DNA from: a virus
Lineage: Duplodnaviria > Caudoviricetes
IMG/VR virus record: IMGVR_UViG_3300031957_002446
Coordinates: 1-53,249 of that record
Direction: 5' to 3' (one strand)
Length of the DNA: 53,249 bases
The notes under the pieces were generated by a model. It worked only from the letters and a program-made list of their open reading frames with translations, was not told where the DNA came from and did no database searches. The number at the start of each line of letters is the position of its first letter. The stretch's first letter is position 1. Shown piece after piece: positions 1 through 8,461 of the stretch. The translations under genes and the position numbers were made by a program.

Positions 1-59
1 TCACGCATTGCTGCTTGAATCTTTAGATGAATCAGTTCTTCTTTGCTTGGAACTTTCAT
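1..59 (-). CDS. Hypothetical protein, 5' part only (MKVPSKEELIHLKIQAAMR...), runs off the window
   Basis: Hand translation; ATG at 59-57 overlaps the stop of the upstream ORF (TAATG coupling). Confidence 0.6.
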   Translation of the reverse strand, partial: MKVPSKEELIHLKIQAAMR

Positions 60-298
60 TAAAACAATCCTCTATCCTTCATAAACTGTAAGGTTTCTTT
101 CATACTTCCAATGTGAGTATAACCCAATGCAACCTGTGGATATGTTGCTTCTTCACCAAATTCAGATTCGAATGCTCTTTGACTGAAATGTTGATTGAGT
201 TGATACTCCAAAATTTCGATATTAAGTTCTTTGAGTAGAGAGGTCATTCTCTCACACTCTTGATTACCGTTTGTATAGATTACTGCTTGTTTAGTCAT
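59..298 (-). CDS. Glutaredoxin-like (thioredoxin-fold) protein with a single Cys
   Basis: AVIYT..NQEC at the CxxC position, cis-Pro motif TYPQV, HIG motif, ~80 aa; start at 298 overlaps the upstream gene end (304 is an alternative). Confidence 0.7.
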   Translation of the reverse strand: MTKQAVIYTNGNQECERMTSLLKELNIEILEYQLNQHFSQRAFESEFGEEATYPQVALGYTHIGSMKETLQFMKDRGLF

Positions 299-443
299 AT
301 TCAATAATAATACGTTGCTTGACTTCCCCTCTACTATTTACCACAGTCTGTCGAATGACTTCACCATTTAATAGTGAGGAGATATTATCTACAAGGTTCT
401 TGGCGATTGCCTTGTTTGTTTCTGCTTTCCAGTCAGTCTTCAT
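291..443 (-). CDS. Hypothetical protein
   Basis: ORF track 291..482; start moved to MKTDWK at 443 because it couples to the upstream small ORF. Confidence 0.6.
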   Translation of the reverse strand: MKTDWKAETNKAIAKNLVDNISSLLNGEVIRQTVVNSRGEVKQRIIIEYD

Positions 444-561
444 TCTTTTGCCATCCATCAATTTGTTTTTGTGTTGGAACAATCCATCTAAAGTTCATGT
501 CCTCTTCGATAAATTCTTCATTCATTTTTTCATATGTTTCTGGTGTAATTTTTTCAGTCAC
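433..561 (-). CDS. Small hypothetical protein (MTEKITPETYEKMNEEFIEEDMNFRWIVPTQKQIDGWQKNED)
   Basis: Not in ORF track; GTG start preceded by GGAGG Shine-Dalgarno; fills the gap between neighbours. Confidence 0.7.
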   Translation of the reverse strand: MTEKITPETYEKMNEEFIEEDMNFRWIVPTQKQIDGWQKNED

Positions 562-790
562 GTTGCCTCCATTCAGTTTCACGATAAGCAGAGATTAAAA
601 TATCATCATACGCATCAGGTAGTCTACCACTTTCACCACGACGAGACCTCATTCTATTCACTTTACTAACTGGTAGTTCTTTAAGTTCGGGGTCATTAAG
701 AATCTGATCAAGTTGAGACTTTTCACTATAACTGCGAAGATTCCGTAGAGGATACCTATTAACAGGTAGATTGCGATTAGTTCTAGTCAC
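554..790 (-). CDS. Basic hypothetical protein (78 aa), apparently inserted
   Basis: 3' part of track ORF 554..886; GTG at 790 preceded by GGAGG; flanked by 16-bp direct repeats. Confidence 0.65.
   Translation of the reverse strand: MTRTNRNLPVNRYPLRNLRSYSEKSQLDQILNDPELKELPVSKVNRMRSRRGESGRLPDAYDDILISAYRETEWRQRD
556..571. repeat. 16-bp direct repeat copy 1 (agtcacgttgcctcca)
   Basis: Identical to 785-800. Confidence 0.9.
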
Positions 791-1097
791 GTTGCCTCCA
801 ATCATCAGGTTTGTCTCTTCCGAACCATTCATTGATATCATCTGCTCCGTCAAATCCCGTTTTATAATTAGATGGGTCGGGATCACCTAGCCCCATCCTA
901 TTCATAAAATCGTCCATACTACCCTCCTCAATATTCTGAGCAGCTTGACGACGTGCTTTATTTAACCAGTCTCTAGCAGTTGTATATCTCTTGGCAAGTT
1001 TCTCTGCCCAGATCATATCATCCAATTTTACTTCTTCTCTGTTTGCAATCTTCTTACAGATGAACTCTAGTCGTAGCCTGTATTGAGTTGATAGCAT
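783..1097 (-). CDS. Conserved cyanophage hypothetical protein (MLSTQYRLRLE...WRQRD)
   Basis: ORF track; recognisable cyanophage family downstream of gp46; tight packing. Confidence 0.8.
   Translation of the reverse strand: MLSTQYRLRLEFICKKIANREEVKLDDMIWAEKLAKRYTTARDWLNKARRQAAQNIEEGSMDDFMNRMGLGDPDPSNYKTGFDGADDINEWFGRDKPDDWRQRD
785..800. repeat. 16-bp direct repeat copy 2 (agtcacgttgcctcca)
   Basis: Identical to 556-571, 229 bp apart. Confidence 0.9.
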
Positions 1098-1098
1098 A

Positions 1099-1296
1099 TC
1101 AGTCTTTCAGTTTTTTCTGTAGATCTGTGACCCTAGTGTACTCGTCTAAAGCAGTTTCAGAACGATACTGTAAAATTGTATCGATATCATTCAAAATATC
1201 TTCAGTCGAAACGTAGTCATCTAGGTATTTATCGAGTGCTTCCTTGAGATGACGTAACCTATGCCACTCAGAACTATATGGTTTGTAGTGTGTCAT
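1099..1296 (-). CDS. Hypothetical protein
   Basis: ORF track; ATGA overlap with the gp46 stop. Confidence 0.75.
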   Translation of the reverse strand: MTHYKPYSSEWHRLRHLKEALDKYLDDYVSTEDILNDIDTILQYRSETALDEYTRVTDLQKKLKD

Positions 1297-3005
1297 GATG
1301 TAATGCGGCTGAAGCCTTTCATTTTTTCAAATCTTAGCACACTTTCAAACTTATCGTAAAGGCCCTCTTTGTGAGAAATTACAAATATGTTAGCATCTTT
1401 GATAACAAACCTAATAATCTTTAAAAATTCATCCGTTCCAAATCCATCAAGGGAGGAATCAAATACTTCATCCATAATTAGTAGATTAGTGCTTACAGAA
1501 TTTCTAGCTTTTGCTACCTCTCTCCAAGTAAAAAGCAGAGCAAGATCTATTCGCATTTTCTCACCTTCGGAGAAAGAAGCGTAGGAAAATTTATCATGAA
1601 TAGGACTTTCTACAGTTTCATTAAATTCTTCGTCAAGCTTAAAGTTGATGTAGAAATCCATCATGGATAGATAACGGTTGACTTGTTTATTAATCAAGGG
1701 CAAGTATTTTTTAATGACTTGCCTTTTAACGCCACCGTCTTTTAGCAAATTGAATACAAAGTCGTAGTAACTTAGTAATTCTTTCTGAGTAGAAAGTTCT
1801 TCGTATGTTTTATTAAGTTGTTCTTGAAACGAAGCTAACTTGTCATGCTCAGAATTTCGGTTTTCAAGTTGTGAGGCAATTCTTTGAATTTCAGATTCAA
1901 GATCTCGGATTTGTTTTTGGCAATTAGAGATCTTAGTGTTATTCTGAGAAATGTCATGGTTGAGATTTGTAATCTCCTTACTCAACTGCTTAAATTGCCG
2001 CTCTGAATTTTCTTCTTTTTTGATTGCTTCTTCTAGTTGATTAGAACCAGATTGCAATTCACTAATTTTAGATTGAGCGGCTTCAATTCTATTTAACCGA
2101 AACTCTTCTTCTATAGTTTGAGTGCATGTTGGGCAAACCGTATTCTCTTTAAAAAAGTTAAACTCACTTGTAATGGTGGATACTTTTTGACTTAGTTTTC
2201 CTTTGATGTTTCCAAGTTGTTTTAGTTTTTCAGTAGAACCTTCATGAGAACGAACTACTGTAGATAGATCATCAATCTCTTCTGATATTTTGATGATGTC
2301 ATTGGTAGCATCATTTTCATCAGAAAGTAAAGATGAAATTTTAGATTCCTTATCTTTAATGTTTTGTTGAGCTCTATTCTCCAACTCTTCAATAAAACTC
2401 CGTTGCATTTCAATTTTTTCCAACAGAGATTCTTTTTTATTCGCTGTATTCTTTACTCTATCTCTGAAGTGTTTAATCTTTTCTTTAACTACTGCATTCA
2501 TGGCTGAAAAGATTTTGATATCTAAAAGATCTTCAATAACTTCTCTACGACTTCCACTACTCAACTGCATAAATGGGACGAATGTGGAGGATCCCAAAAT
2601 AACAATTTGAGTAAATGATTTGTAATTGAGCTTTAAAATATTATCTTCTAGGATTCTTTGGTTCGCTCTATCATCTGCTTCCTTGTGAAGTCGTTCACCA
2701 TTAACTTCAATATCAAATATGTTCGGTTTCATTCCTCTCCGAACAAAATAATCTTTGTTACCAACAGTAAAATTAATCTCAACTAAACAATCTTTTTCAT
2801 TTGAGGAATTAAGTAGTTGTGGTTTGTTAATTTTACGAAATGGTTTATTGAACAGCACAAAAGTCAGAGCATCCAAAAGAGTGGACTTTCCAGATCCATT
2901 GCTACCAATAATAATAGTATTATTACTTTTTCTAAAATCAATCTCGGTGAATTGGTTTCCAGTGCTAAGAAAATTTTTCCAACGAATATTTTTAAATGTG
3001 ATCAT
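1293..3005 (-). CDS. gp46: Recombination endonuclease subunit, SbcC/Rad50-like ATPase
   Basis: Walker A GSNGSGKST, coiled coil with CPTC zinc hook, FSEGE signature, Walker B LLIMDEVFD, ISH motif. Confidence 0.97.
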   Translation of the reverse strand: MITFKNIRWKNFLSTGNQFTEIDFRKSNNTIIIGSNGSGKSTLLDALTFVLFNKPFRKINKPQLLNSSNEKDCLVEINFTVGNKDYFVRRGMKPNIFDIEVNGERLHKEADDRANQRILEDNILKLNYKSFTQIVILGSSTFVPFMQLSSGSRREVIEDLLDIKIFSAMNAVVKEKIKHFRDRVKNTANKKESLLEKIEMQRSFIEELENRAQQNIKDKESKISSLLSDENDATNDIIKISEEIDDLSTVVRSHEGSTEKLKQLGNIKGKLSQKVSTITSEFNFFKENTVCPTCTQTIEEEFRLNRIEAAQSKISELQSGSNQLEEAIKKEENSERQFKQLSKEITNLNHDISQNNTKISNCQKQIRDLESEIQRIASQLENRNSEHDKLASFQEQLNKTYEELSTQKELLSYYDFVFNLLKDGGVKRQVIKKYLPLINKQVNRYLSMMDFYINFKLDEEFNETVESPIHDKFSYASFSEGEKMRIDLALLFTWREVAKARNSVSTNLLIMDEVFDSSLDGFGTDEFLKIIRFVIKDANIFVISHKEGLYDKFESVLRFEKMKGFSRITS

Positions 3006-3256
3006 TTGGGAGGAATTACAAAGTCGTCAGGAGTAATAATTGAATAACCTAAGTTGTTTTTAATACATGTTTTAATAGCCAATTCTGGATCAACTTGAAC
3101 TATTCTGGTAACTTGATCTGGTCTATCACCTAACATCATAGCATATCTTTCAGCATCGTCAACTTCCTCAAACAAAAACAAAACTTTTTGTTTATCTTTA
3201 TTCAATACTGAATAAGCACCTTCTTTAGTTTTTGTTTTTTGGATTAGCATCCACAT
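3002..3256 (-). CDS. Hypothetical protein (possibly DUF3110-like)
   Basis: EGAYSV..VLFLFEEVDDAERYAMML motif; coupled to gp47 and gp46. Confidence 0.75.
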   Translation of the reverse strand: MWMLIQKTKTKEGAYSVLNKDKQKVLFLFEEVDDAERYAMMLGDRPDQVTRIVQVDPELAIKTCIKNNLGYSIITPDDFVIPPK

Positions 3257-4302
3257 TAATCAACCTCGCAAGCTTTTGTGTATACCTTTTCCACTATATT
3301 TTTGAGGAGAGAAATATCGAGACTGGAGCCTGATTCTTCTATATATTTGTTTAAAATAGAAAGAGTATTTTCGCAAGTTTGATCTTCATCTTCTTCTGAG
3401 TAAAATCCATTGAAATTGTAGTTTTCTACAATTTTTAAATCATAAACTCCAGCAGCATAAAGTTTATCTATATATTTTTCAAAATTTTTGGTATCTGATT
3501 TTTGCTTTACAATTATCTTTACAATTTTATCTTTGTAAATTGATGCATTCAAAGTTTGCCATGGGTTGTCTTTATACTCTATAGAGTAAAACAACCTAAA
3601 TGGATTTTTGATTGCAACATGTTCTAAAGTTTCTGTATCGAAAATATGAAATCCTCTTTCTTCCTCAAGATCATGCCAATAAATTTCATATGGATTTCCT
3701 AGATAGTAAATATTATCTTGAGAATTTCTATGATGATAATGGCCTGAAAAGACTTTTTCAAACTGAGAGAATTTTGTTTTATCTTCACCATGCTCATTGA
3801 TAAAAGTTCTATTGGCATAGAATCCTTTCATCTCAAGATGACCAATCGCAACTTTTGCAGATGTTCCTCTGATCATATCCTCAGATTCTTTCCTATTTTC
3901 TTCATTAATCCAAGGAAGCATTAATACATTTAAACCATCGAAGATAACTTCTGTTGGAGAACTATAAGTAATAATATTAGAATACTCTCGTAGAAGTAAA
4001 TCAATCGTATTAATTTTGTTAGTATCCTTGTAATAGGATGTATGATTTCCAACAATTGTATGTACGCGGACATCCATATCTTGTAGGATGTCGTAATACT
4101 TCTGTTTAGCCCAATTAAGACTCCAAAAATCAATCCCTTTACGAGTATCAAAAGTGTCTCCCATATCAATGATATACTTGATATTATTTTTTTTAAGATA
4201 TGGAAAAAAGATTTCATCGTAAAATTTAGCAAAATAGTCGTGAAGAATTTTATTTCCTTTTCTGGCACCAAAATGTTGGTCTGTAATGATAGCTATTTTC
4301 AA
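3256..4302 (-). CDS. gp47: Recombination endonuclease subunit, SbcD/Mre11-like nuclease
   Basis: Metallophosphoesterase motifs DQHFG, GDTFD, GNH, GHYH; adjacent to gp46. Confidence 0.97.
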   Translation of the reverse strand: MKIAIITDQHFGARKGNKILHDYFAKFYDEIFFPYLKKNNIKYIIDMGDTFDTRKGIDFWSLNWAKQKYYDILQDMDVRVHTIVGNHTSYYKDTNKINTIDLLLREYSNIITYSSPTEVIFDGLNVLMLPWINEENRKESEDMIRGTSAKVAIGHLEMKGFYANRTFINEHGEDKTKFSQFEKVFSGHYHHRNSQDNIYYLGNPYEIYWHDLEEERGFHIFDTETLEHVAIKNPFRLFYSIEYKDNPWQTLNASIYKDKIVKIIVKQKSDTKNFEKYIDKLYAAGVYDLKIVENYNFNGFYSEEDEDQTCENTLSILNKYIEESGSSLDISLLKNIVEKVYTKACEVD

Positions 4303-4535
4303 AGTTTACCTCCAACAACTCCACTATTAACAACTCTAGTATATAAATGCAAAGTCCCTTCTTGCTCACACTTCAGATGCCACCGTGTTATATCGGTCAC
4401 TGCCTCTTTAGTTAGTCCAAACAAGAAGTCTTTGCCAGTATCCTTACGAACACTTTTCCACATGAATCGAGTTTCTTCCACATAGAAAGCATCATCAATC
4501 CAATCTACTTCAGCAATTTCAGGGTGTTCGTTCAT
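4299..4535 (-). CDS. Conserved hypothetical protein
   Basis: ORF track; ATGA overlaps at both ends. Confidence 0.75.
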   Translation of the reverse strand: MNEHPEIAEVDWIDDAFYVEETRFMWKSVRKDTGKDFLFGLTKEAVTDITRWHLKCEQEGTLHLYTRVVNSGVVGGKL

Positions 4536-5041
4536 CGGTTCATCTTGTACTGGATGTTTTCTTTGATGGTATTATAGTCCGAACTGCTGTTAGAAAGCAA
4601 GCTATCGTCAACCATCATGACAGCATCATAACCGGTACGCTCAATGATACGAGTTTTTATCTCCAGTTGTTTTTTCTCTTTTTGAATTTTTCTAAGAAAT
4701 GCGAAATGAATGATTTGGGTGAAATATGCAAATGGATTTTTTGATTTTTCTGGATCAAAGTTTCTAATGTACTGCACACAGTTTTCAATACCATCAGAAA
4801 TCATATCCTCTTTAAACATATAATTTACAAAATTTGGTTTATGAGAAAGATGATCACCGATTTTTTTAAAGCAAGATCCTAGATATTCATGTACCTTTCT
4901 AAATTCCCTAGATTCTTCTAGTAACTCTCTTTTTGTTTTTCCTTGTTTTTCTGCAATTTCAAGAAACTCTCTATATCTAATAATTTGAGCTAAGAACTCT
5001 TTGTTATTGATATAGTGTTCCGATTTTTTTCTGGTTGCCAT
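4532..5041 (-). CDS. gp55: Late-transcription sigma factor
   Basis: HYINNKEFL, KPNFVNYMFKEDMISDGIENC, NPFAYFTQI motifs. Start at 5041 (or 5065); the track start 5086 lies upstream of the predicted TSS. Confidence 0.95.
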   Translation of the reverse strand: MATRKKSEHYINNKEFLAQIIRYREFLEIAEKQGKTKRELLEESREFRKVHEYLGSCFKKIGDHLSHKPNFVNYMFKEDMISDGIENCVQYIRNFDPEKSKNPFAYFTQIIHFAFLRKIQKEKKQLEIKTRIIERTGYDAVMMVDDSLLSNSSSDYNTIKENIQYKMNR

Positions 5042-5071
5042 AAGTTTATAAGTTATAGTTATCATCCTTTG

Positions 5072-5100
5072 ATTATAGCATAACAAAAAGGCCTTGACAA
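5072..5100 (-). promoter_or_regulatory. Sigma70-type promoter for the gp55-gp47-gp46 operon
   Basis: TTGTCA-17 nt-TATAAT with extended -10 TG. Confidence 0.85.
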
Positions 5101-5122
5101 CTCATCAAAATCTGTCTAGAAT
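5094..5122 (+). promoter_or_regulatory. Divergent sigma70-type promoter, antisense to the uvsW operon
   Basis: TTGACA-17 nt-TAGAAT; -35 overlaps that of the minus-strand promoter. Confidence 0.6.
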
Positions 5123-5150
5123 AGGCTTGTCCAGGATGATAAGAAAGCTA

Positions 5151-5585
5151 TTAATCAAAGCTTTCATTAGTATCTAACTTGTACATGTCTTCCAATGAAT
5201 TTTTCATTTGTTCGACTGAGCCAAGGTATCCCATTTTCTCACTGATTTCTTTCTCGTTATCATTTTCACCAGATAGATATTGTTCTTTTTCTTCAATGAA
5301 GTTTTTGTATAGACCAATAATTTCTAAATCATTAACCTCAGACATCCAAACAACTCTGGAAAGTCTAATAAAATAAATTCCATCATTTGACATTTTTATC
5401 CAAGGTTCTACTTTTATACTGAAGTGGCCTTGAAATGACTTACATGTAAATATAACTGGATCTTGTAAAGCAAGTATTGGATCATCTGGATTTTCATCAT
5501 CAACAAAAACTATACAAAATATTTCTTCTCCGGTTACTAGTTTAATTGATGCATAAAATTCTTGGTCTAGAGGAGATTCTGTCAT
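5151..5585 (-). CDS. Conserved T4-like phage hypothetical protein (possible Sm-like fold)
   Basis: IKLVTGEEI motif; usual position between uvsW and gp55. Confidence 0.8.
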   Translation of the reverse strand: MTESPLDQEFYASIKLVTGEEIFCIVFVDDENPDDPILALQDPVIFTCKSFQGHFSIKVEPWIKMSNDGIYFIRLSRVVWMSEVNDLEIIGLYKNFIEEKEQYLSGENDNEKEISEKMGYLGSVEQMKNSLEDMYKLDTNESFD

Positions 5586-7048
5586 ATCTTTTTTAGTGCG
5601 ATGTTTATAATTTCATAGTTAAATTTTTCTTCTTTGTATATTTTAATCCTTTCAATTAAATGATTTAGAGTAAAGTTTCTTTTTCTTTCAAAAGTAATAT
5701 CATCTGCAATATCAAATAAAGTTGCTTTTAATTTAGTATCACTTTTTCTAAGAACTCTACCAATACTTTGCAAATTTCTCACTCTGGATTTGCTGGGAGA
5801 AGCAAAAATAACGTTATGTAGATTTTTGATATTGATGCCAGTAGAAAAAGTACCATAAGACGCTACTATAATTGCGTTTGATTCTTTTTCTGTGATTGCT
5901 CTGATCCTTTCTCTATCTTCGGCATCAACTCCACCGTACACAAAGAAAACTTTACGTCCCTTCTCTGCCGAATTATTTATCAATTCATATAAAGGCATAC
6001 CATGACTTTCTACTCTAGTAAAAAGAACTAAAGTATTTCCATTTTGATCAAGGGCTAAGTTTTTAATAAATGTATTCCTTTGATTATGAGAGCATAGATA
6101 TTCAATCTCTTGGTTATATGTATCAAACAATCTTCCTTGATGTTTTAAAGCAATAATTTTAACTTGAAGATCGGAAAGATGTTTCTTTTTTATTAACTCT
6201 TTTGTTTTGATAGTTGAATATGATGGGCCAAATAATCCTTCTAGAACCCACTTGTGAGTTTGACTGCCATCCAAAGTTCCGGTAAATCCAAATCTATATT
6301 TTGCATCAGCAAGTTTTGTCATGATGCTAACTAGAGATTTAGATTTAAAAAGATGAGCCTCATCTCCTACTACAACCTCAAATCTCTCGAAGTATTTTCT
6401 ATCAAGTTTGTATATAGATTGCCACGTCGTAATGATAACCTGATTATCAGTTTCTCTTTCCTTTCCACCATAAATTTTGTGGCAGTAAGATCCTACATCC
6501 CAACCATAGTCAGCAAAATCTTTATACATTTGCTCGACTAGTGAAGTCGTCGGAACCACTATCAAAATATTCTTTTTCATCTCAACAAAATATCTGACTA
6601 CAGAGTAAATCATAAGAGATTTACCTGAGCCAGTTGGAGAGACTATAAGTCTTCGATTACATCTAAGTGCATCATAGACTGCTTCTATTTGATAATCTCT
6701 GGGTTTGTGTGTAGAGATTTTTGTCATGTAGTCCTTGACCCCTTCCAGTGAGATCATTTCATTTAGTTCTATAGGACTACCATAGTATTTGTTTTCTTTG
6801 AAACTAAATTTGTAATTGTATGTTTGGCAGAATCTTATTAACTTATCTAAAAGTCCAATATAAAGTTCTCCATTCTGTGTGTTGAATAATCTTATCTTTC
6901 CGTCCCACCATCTATTTCTATATTGTGGCATGTACTTCGCACCTTCTACATCAAATGTAAAGTGATCTGATAACTCACATTTGATGTATGGCTCTGCTTC
7001 TATTTTTAGAAATACTTCATTCTTTTTTGAGATGACAACATCACTCAT
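5582..7048 (-). CDS. uvsW: SF2 DNA/RNA-DNA helicase UvsW
   Basis: PTGSGKS, DEAH, TGT and QSIGRVLR motifs; next to uvsY. Confidence 0.96.
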   Translation of the reverse strand: MSDVVISKKNEVFLKIEAEPYIKCELSDHFTFDVEGAKYMPQYRNRWWDGKIRLFNTQNGELYIGLLDKLIRFCQTYNYKFSFKENKYYGSPIELNEMISLEGVKDYMTKISTHKPRDYQIEAVYDALRCNRRLIVSPTGSGKSLMIYSVVRYFVEMKKNILIVVPTTSLVEQMYKDFADYGWDVGSYCHKIYGGKERETDNQVIITTWQSIYKLDRKYFERFEVVVGDEAHLFKSKSLVSIMTKLADAKYRFGFTGTLDGSQTHKWVLEGLFGPSYSTIKTKELIKKKHLSDLQVKIIALKHQGRLFDTYNQEIEYLCSHNQRNTFIKNLALDQNGNTLVLFTRVESHGMPLYELINNSAEKGRKVFFVYGGVDAEDRERIRAITEKESNAIIVASYGTFSTGINIKNLHNVIFASPSKSRVRNLQSIGRVLRKSDTKLKATLFDIADDITFERKRNFTLNHLIERIKIYKEEKFNYEIINIALKKI

Positions 7049-7477
7049 TTACATTCCTGCCTGAAACTTTAACCAGTCAATAGCATTCTTAATTTGATAT
7101 CCCCTATTAGAAATTTGTTTTAAAATTTCATCCAGATATTTAAGAATTTGATCATAATAACGAATCTTTAAATCAATCTTTGAAAGTCTCTCGTCAGCAT
7201 TTAAATAACGATTGATAGATTCCTTTTCTCTAACTTTGAATGGAAAGGGTTCTTTTTCATATACCTCCGGGTCAGCCTTTCCTGTGTAATAGTTGTATCT
7301 TTCTAGATGAGTTCTGTCGTAGAGTTGTCTTGCAGATTCTCTAAGAAGATAGTTTGTATTATATAGTTCATAATATTTGGCATGAAGTTGTGGAGTTTTA
7401 ATCGATTCGTTTCCAAGATCATCTCTGTCAATCTCGGAATCACGAGTCCACATCTTCTGAATGTCTTCAAGATTCAT
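7049..7477 (-). CDS. uvsY: Recombination mediator UvsY
   Basis: LHAKYY, YYTGKA, RGYQIKNAIDW motifs; synteny. Confidence 0.92.
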   Translation of the reverse strand: MNLEDIQKMWTRDSEIDRDDLGNESIKTPQLHAKYYELYNTNYLLRESARQLYDRTHLERYNYYTGKADPEVYEKEPFPFKVREKESINRYLNADERLSKIDLKIRYYDQILKYLDEILKQISNRGYQIKNAIDWLKFQAGM

Positions 7478-8016
7478 AAAGGTTGTCCTTGCATATCTAA
7501 GAGTTCGTATATAGTATACTTGAAAGCCACTCTTGCTGTAAAGAACTGTTCAGAACTTAACTGAGAGTCAAAAGATAATCCACTTAAAGAATATGGGAAA
7601 GCATCTTTAAATTTGACTTGAAATTGTGGATTGTAATTGCTATTCAAAACAATAAGAGTACAATCTGAATATTGATTTTTATATCCTGCCAATACATTTT
7701 CTGATAATAGATCTCTAAACTCTTGGGCAGATTCTGGAAAACCAAGACCAGTCATCCAGTTGTGAATTGCTTTATAATTTTCTAAATTTTCATCAATTAA
7801 AAATTCAAAAATTAAATCTTCAAACTGCAGAATTTCTCCAGGAACAGGAACTGATTTGAGATAACTTGGTTGCTCTGCTACACCTAAAGTAATTTCTGGA
7901 AGATTAGCTGACGTTGCAAAAAAATCAATCTTTCTGTTTTTTTCAACCACAAACTGAAATCCAGCAGGAGTTAGATAATTCTTATTCTGAATTTGAGAAC
8001 GAAGATTGATCGCCAT
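7474..8016 (-). CDS. gp3: Tail completion / sheath stabiliser protein
   Basis: NYLTP.GF, FLIDENLENY..IHNW, AFPYSLS motifs; synteny. Confidence 0.9.
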   Translation of the reverse strand: MAINLRSQIQNKNYLTPAGFQFVVEKNRKIDFFATSANLPEITLGVAEQPSYLKSVPVPGEILQFEDLIFEFLIDENLENYKAIHNWMTGLGFPESAQEFRDLLSENVLAGYKNQYSDCTLIVLNSNYNPQFQVKFKDAFPYSLSGLSFDSQLSSEQFFTARVAFKYTIYELLDMQGQPL

Positions 8017-8037
8017 GATATCTCTATGTTGAATAAT

Positions 8038-8044
8038 TATTTAG
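8038..8044 (-). promoter_or_regulatory. Late promoter (CTAAATA) for gp3-uvsY-uvsW
   Basis: TAAATA core ~20 nt upstream of gp3, right after a terminator. Confidence 0.7.
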
Positions 8045-8048
8045 AGAC

Positions 8049-8070
8049 AAAAAAAGACCCTTTCGGGTCT
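8049..8070 (-). terminator. Rho-independent terminator
   Basis: AGACCC-GAAA-GGGTCT followed by a U run. Confidence 0.9.
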
Positions 8071-8078
8071 GGAGTATT

Positions 8079-8261
8079 TTACATGAGAATCCTCCTACAA
8101 ATTTTCTTACACTCGGATTGATTTAGGGAGTCGCATTCAATTAAGCATTCGTAGTAATCATTTAATTTTTGATGCTCATCGTCAAGTTGTTTTATTTCAT
8201 TTATTGTTTGCTCTAAATGCCTCCATTCGTTAAATTGATTCGGGGATAAAAGATTGTGCAT
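8079..8261 (-). CDS. Small four-cysteine hypothetical protein
   Basis: GGAG SD; C-terminal DYYECLIEC...CKKIC; sits between two terminators. Confidence 0.8.
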   Translation of the reverse strand: MHNLLSPNQFNEWRHLEQTINEIKQLDDEHQKLNDYYECLIECDSLNQSECKKICRRILM

Positions 8262-8405
8262 AACATTCTCCGGTCAAGCCAATGAACTCATGATGTAGAA
8301 GATTAGGATTCATTTGTATACACTCCAATTCTACTCTTATATATGCGAATTTCCTCATTTTTGGTATAACTCCACACAAAAATTTATGCCTACGAGTTTA
8401 TACTC

Positions 8406-8432
8406 AAAAAAAAAGGAGTCCTTTCGGACTCC
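8406..8432 (-). terminator. Rho-independent terminator of gp23
   Basis: GGAGTCC-GAAA-GGACTCC followed by U9. Confidence 0.93.
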
Positions 8433-8461
8433 CTAATAAATGACCCGCAGAGCGGCAAGAA

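Noticed and set aside
319-669. Plus-strand ORFs 319..669 and 374..598
   Set aside because: Antisense shadows of tightly coupled minus-strand genes; no RBS or recognisable motifs.
791-886. N-terminal extension of track ORF 554..886
   Set aside because: Overlaps the 783..1097 gene out of frame; GTG at 790 has a good SD.
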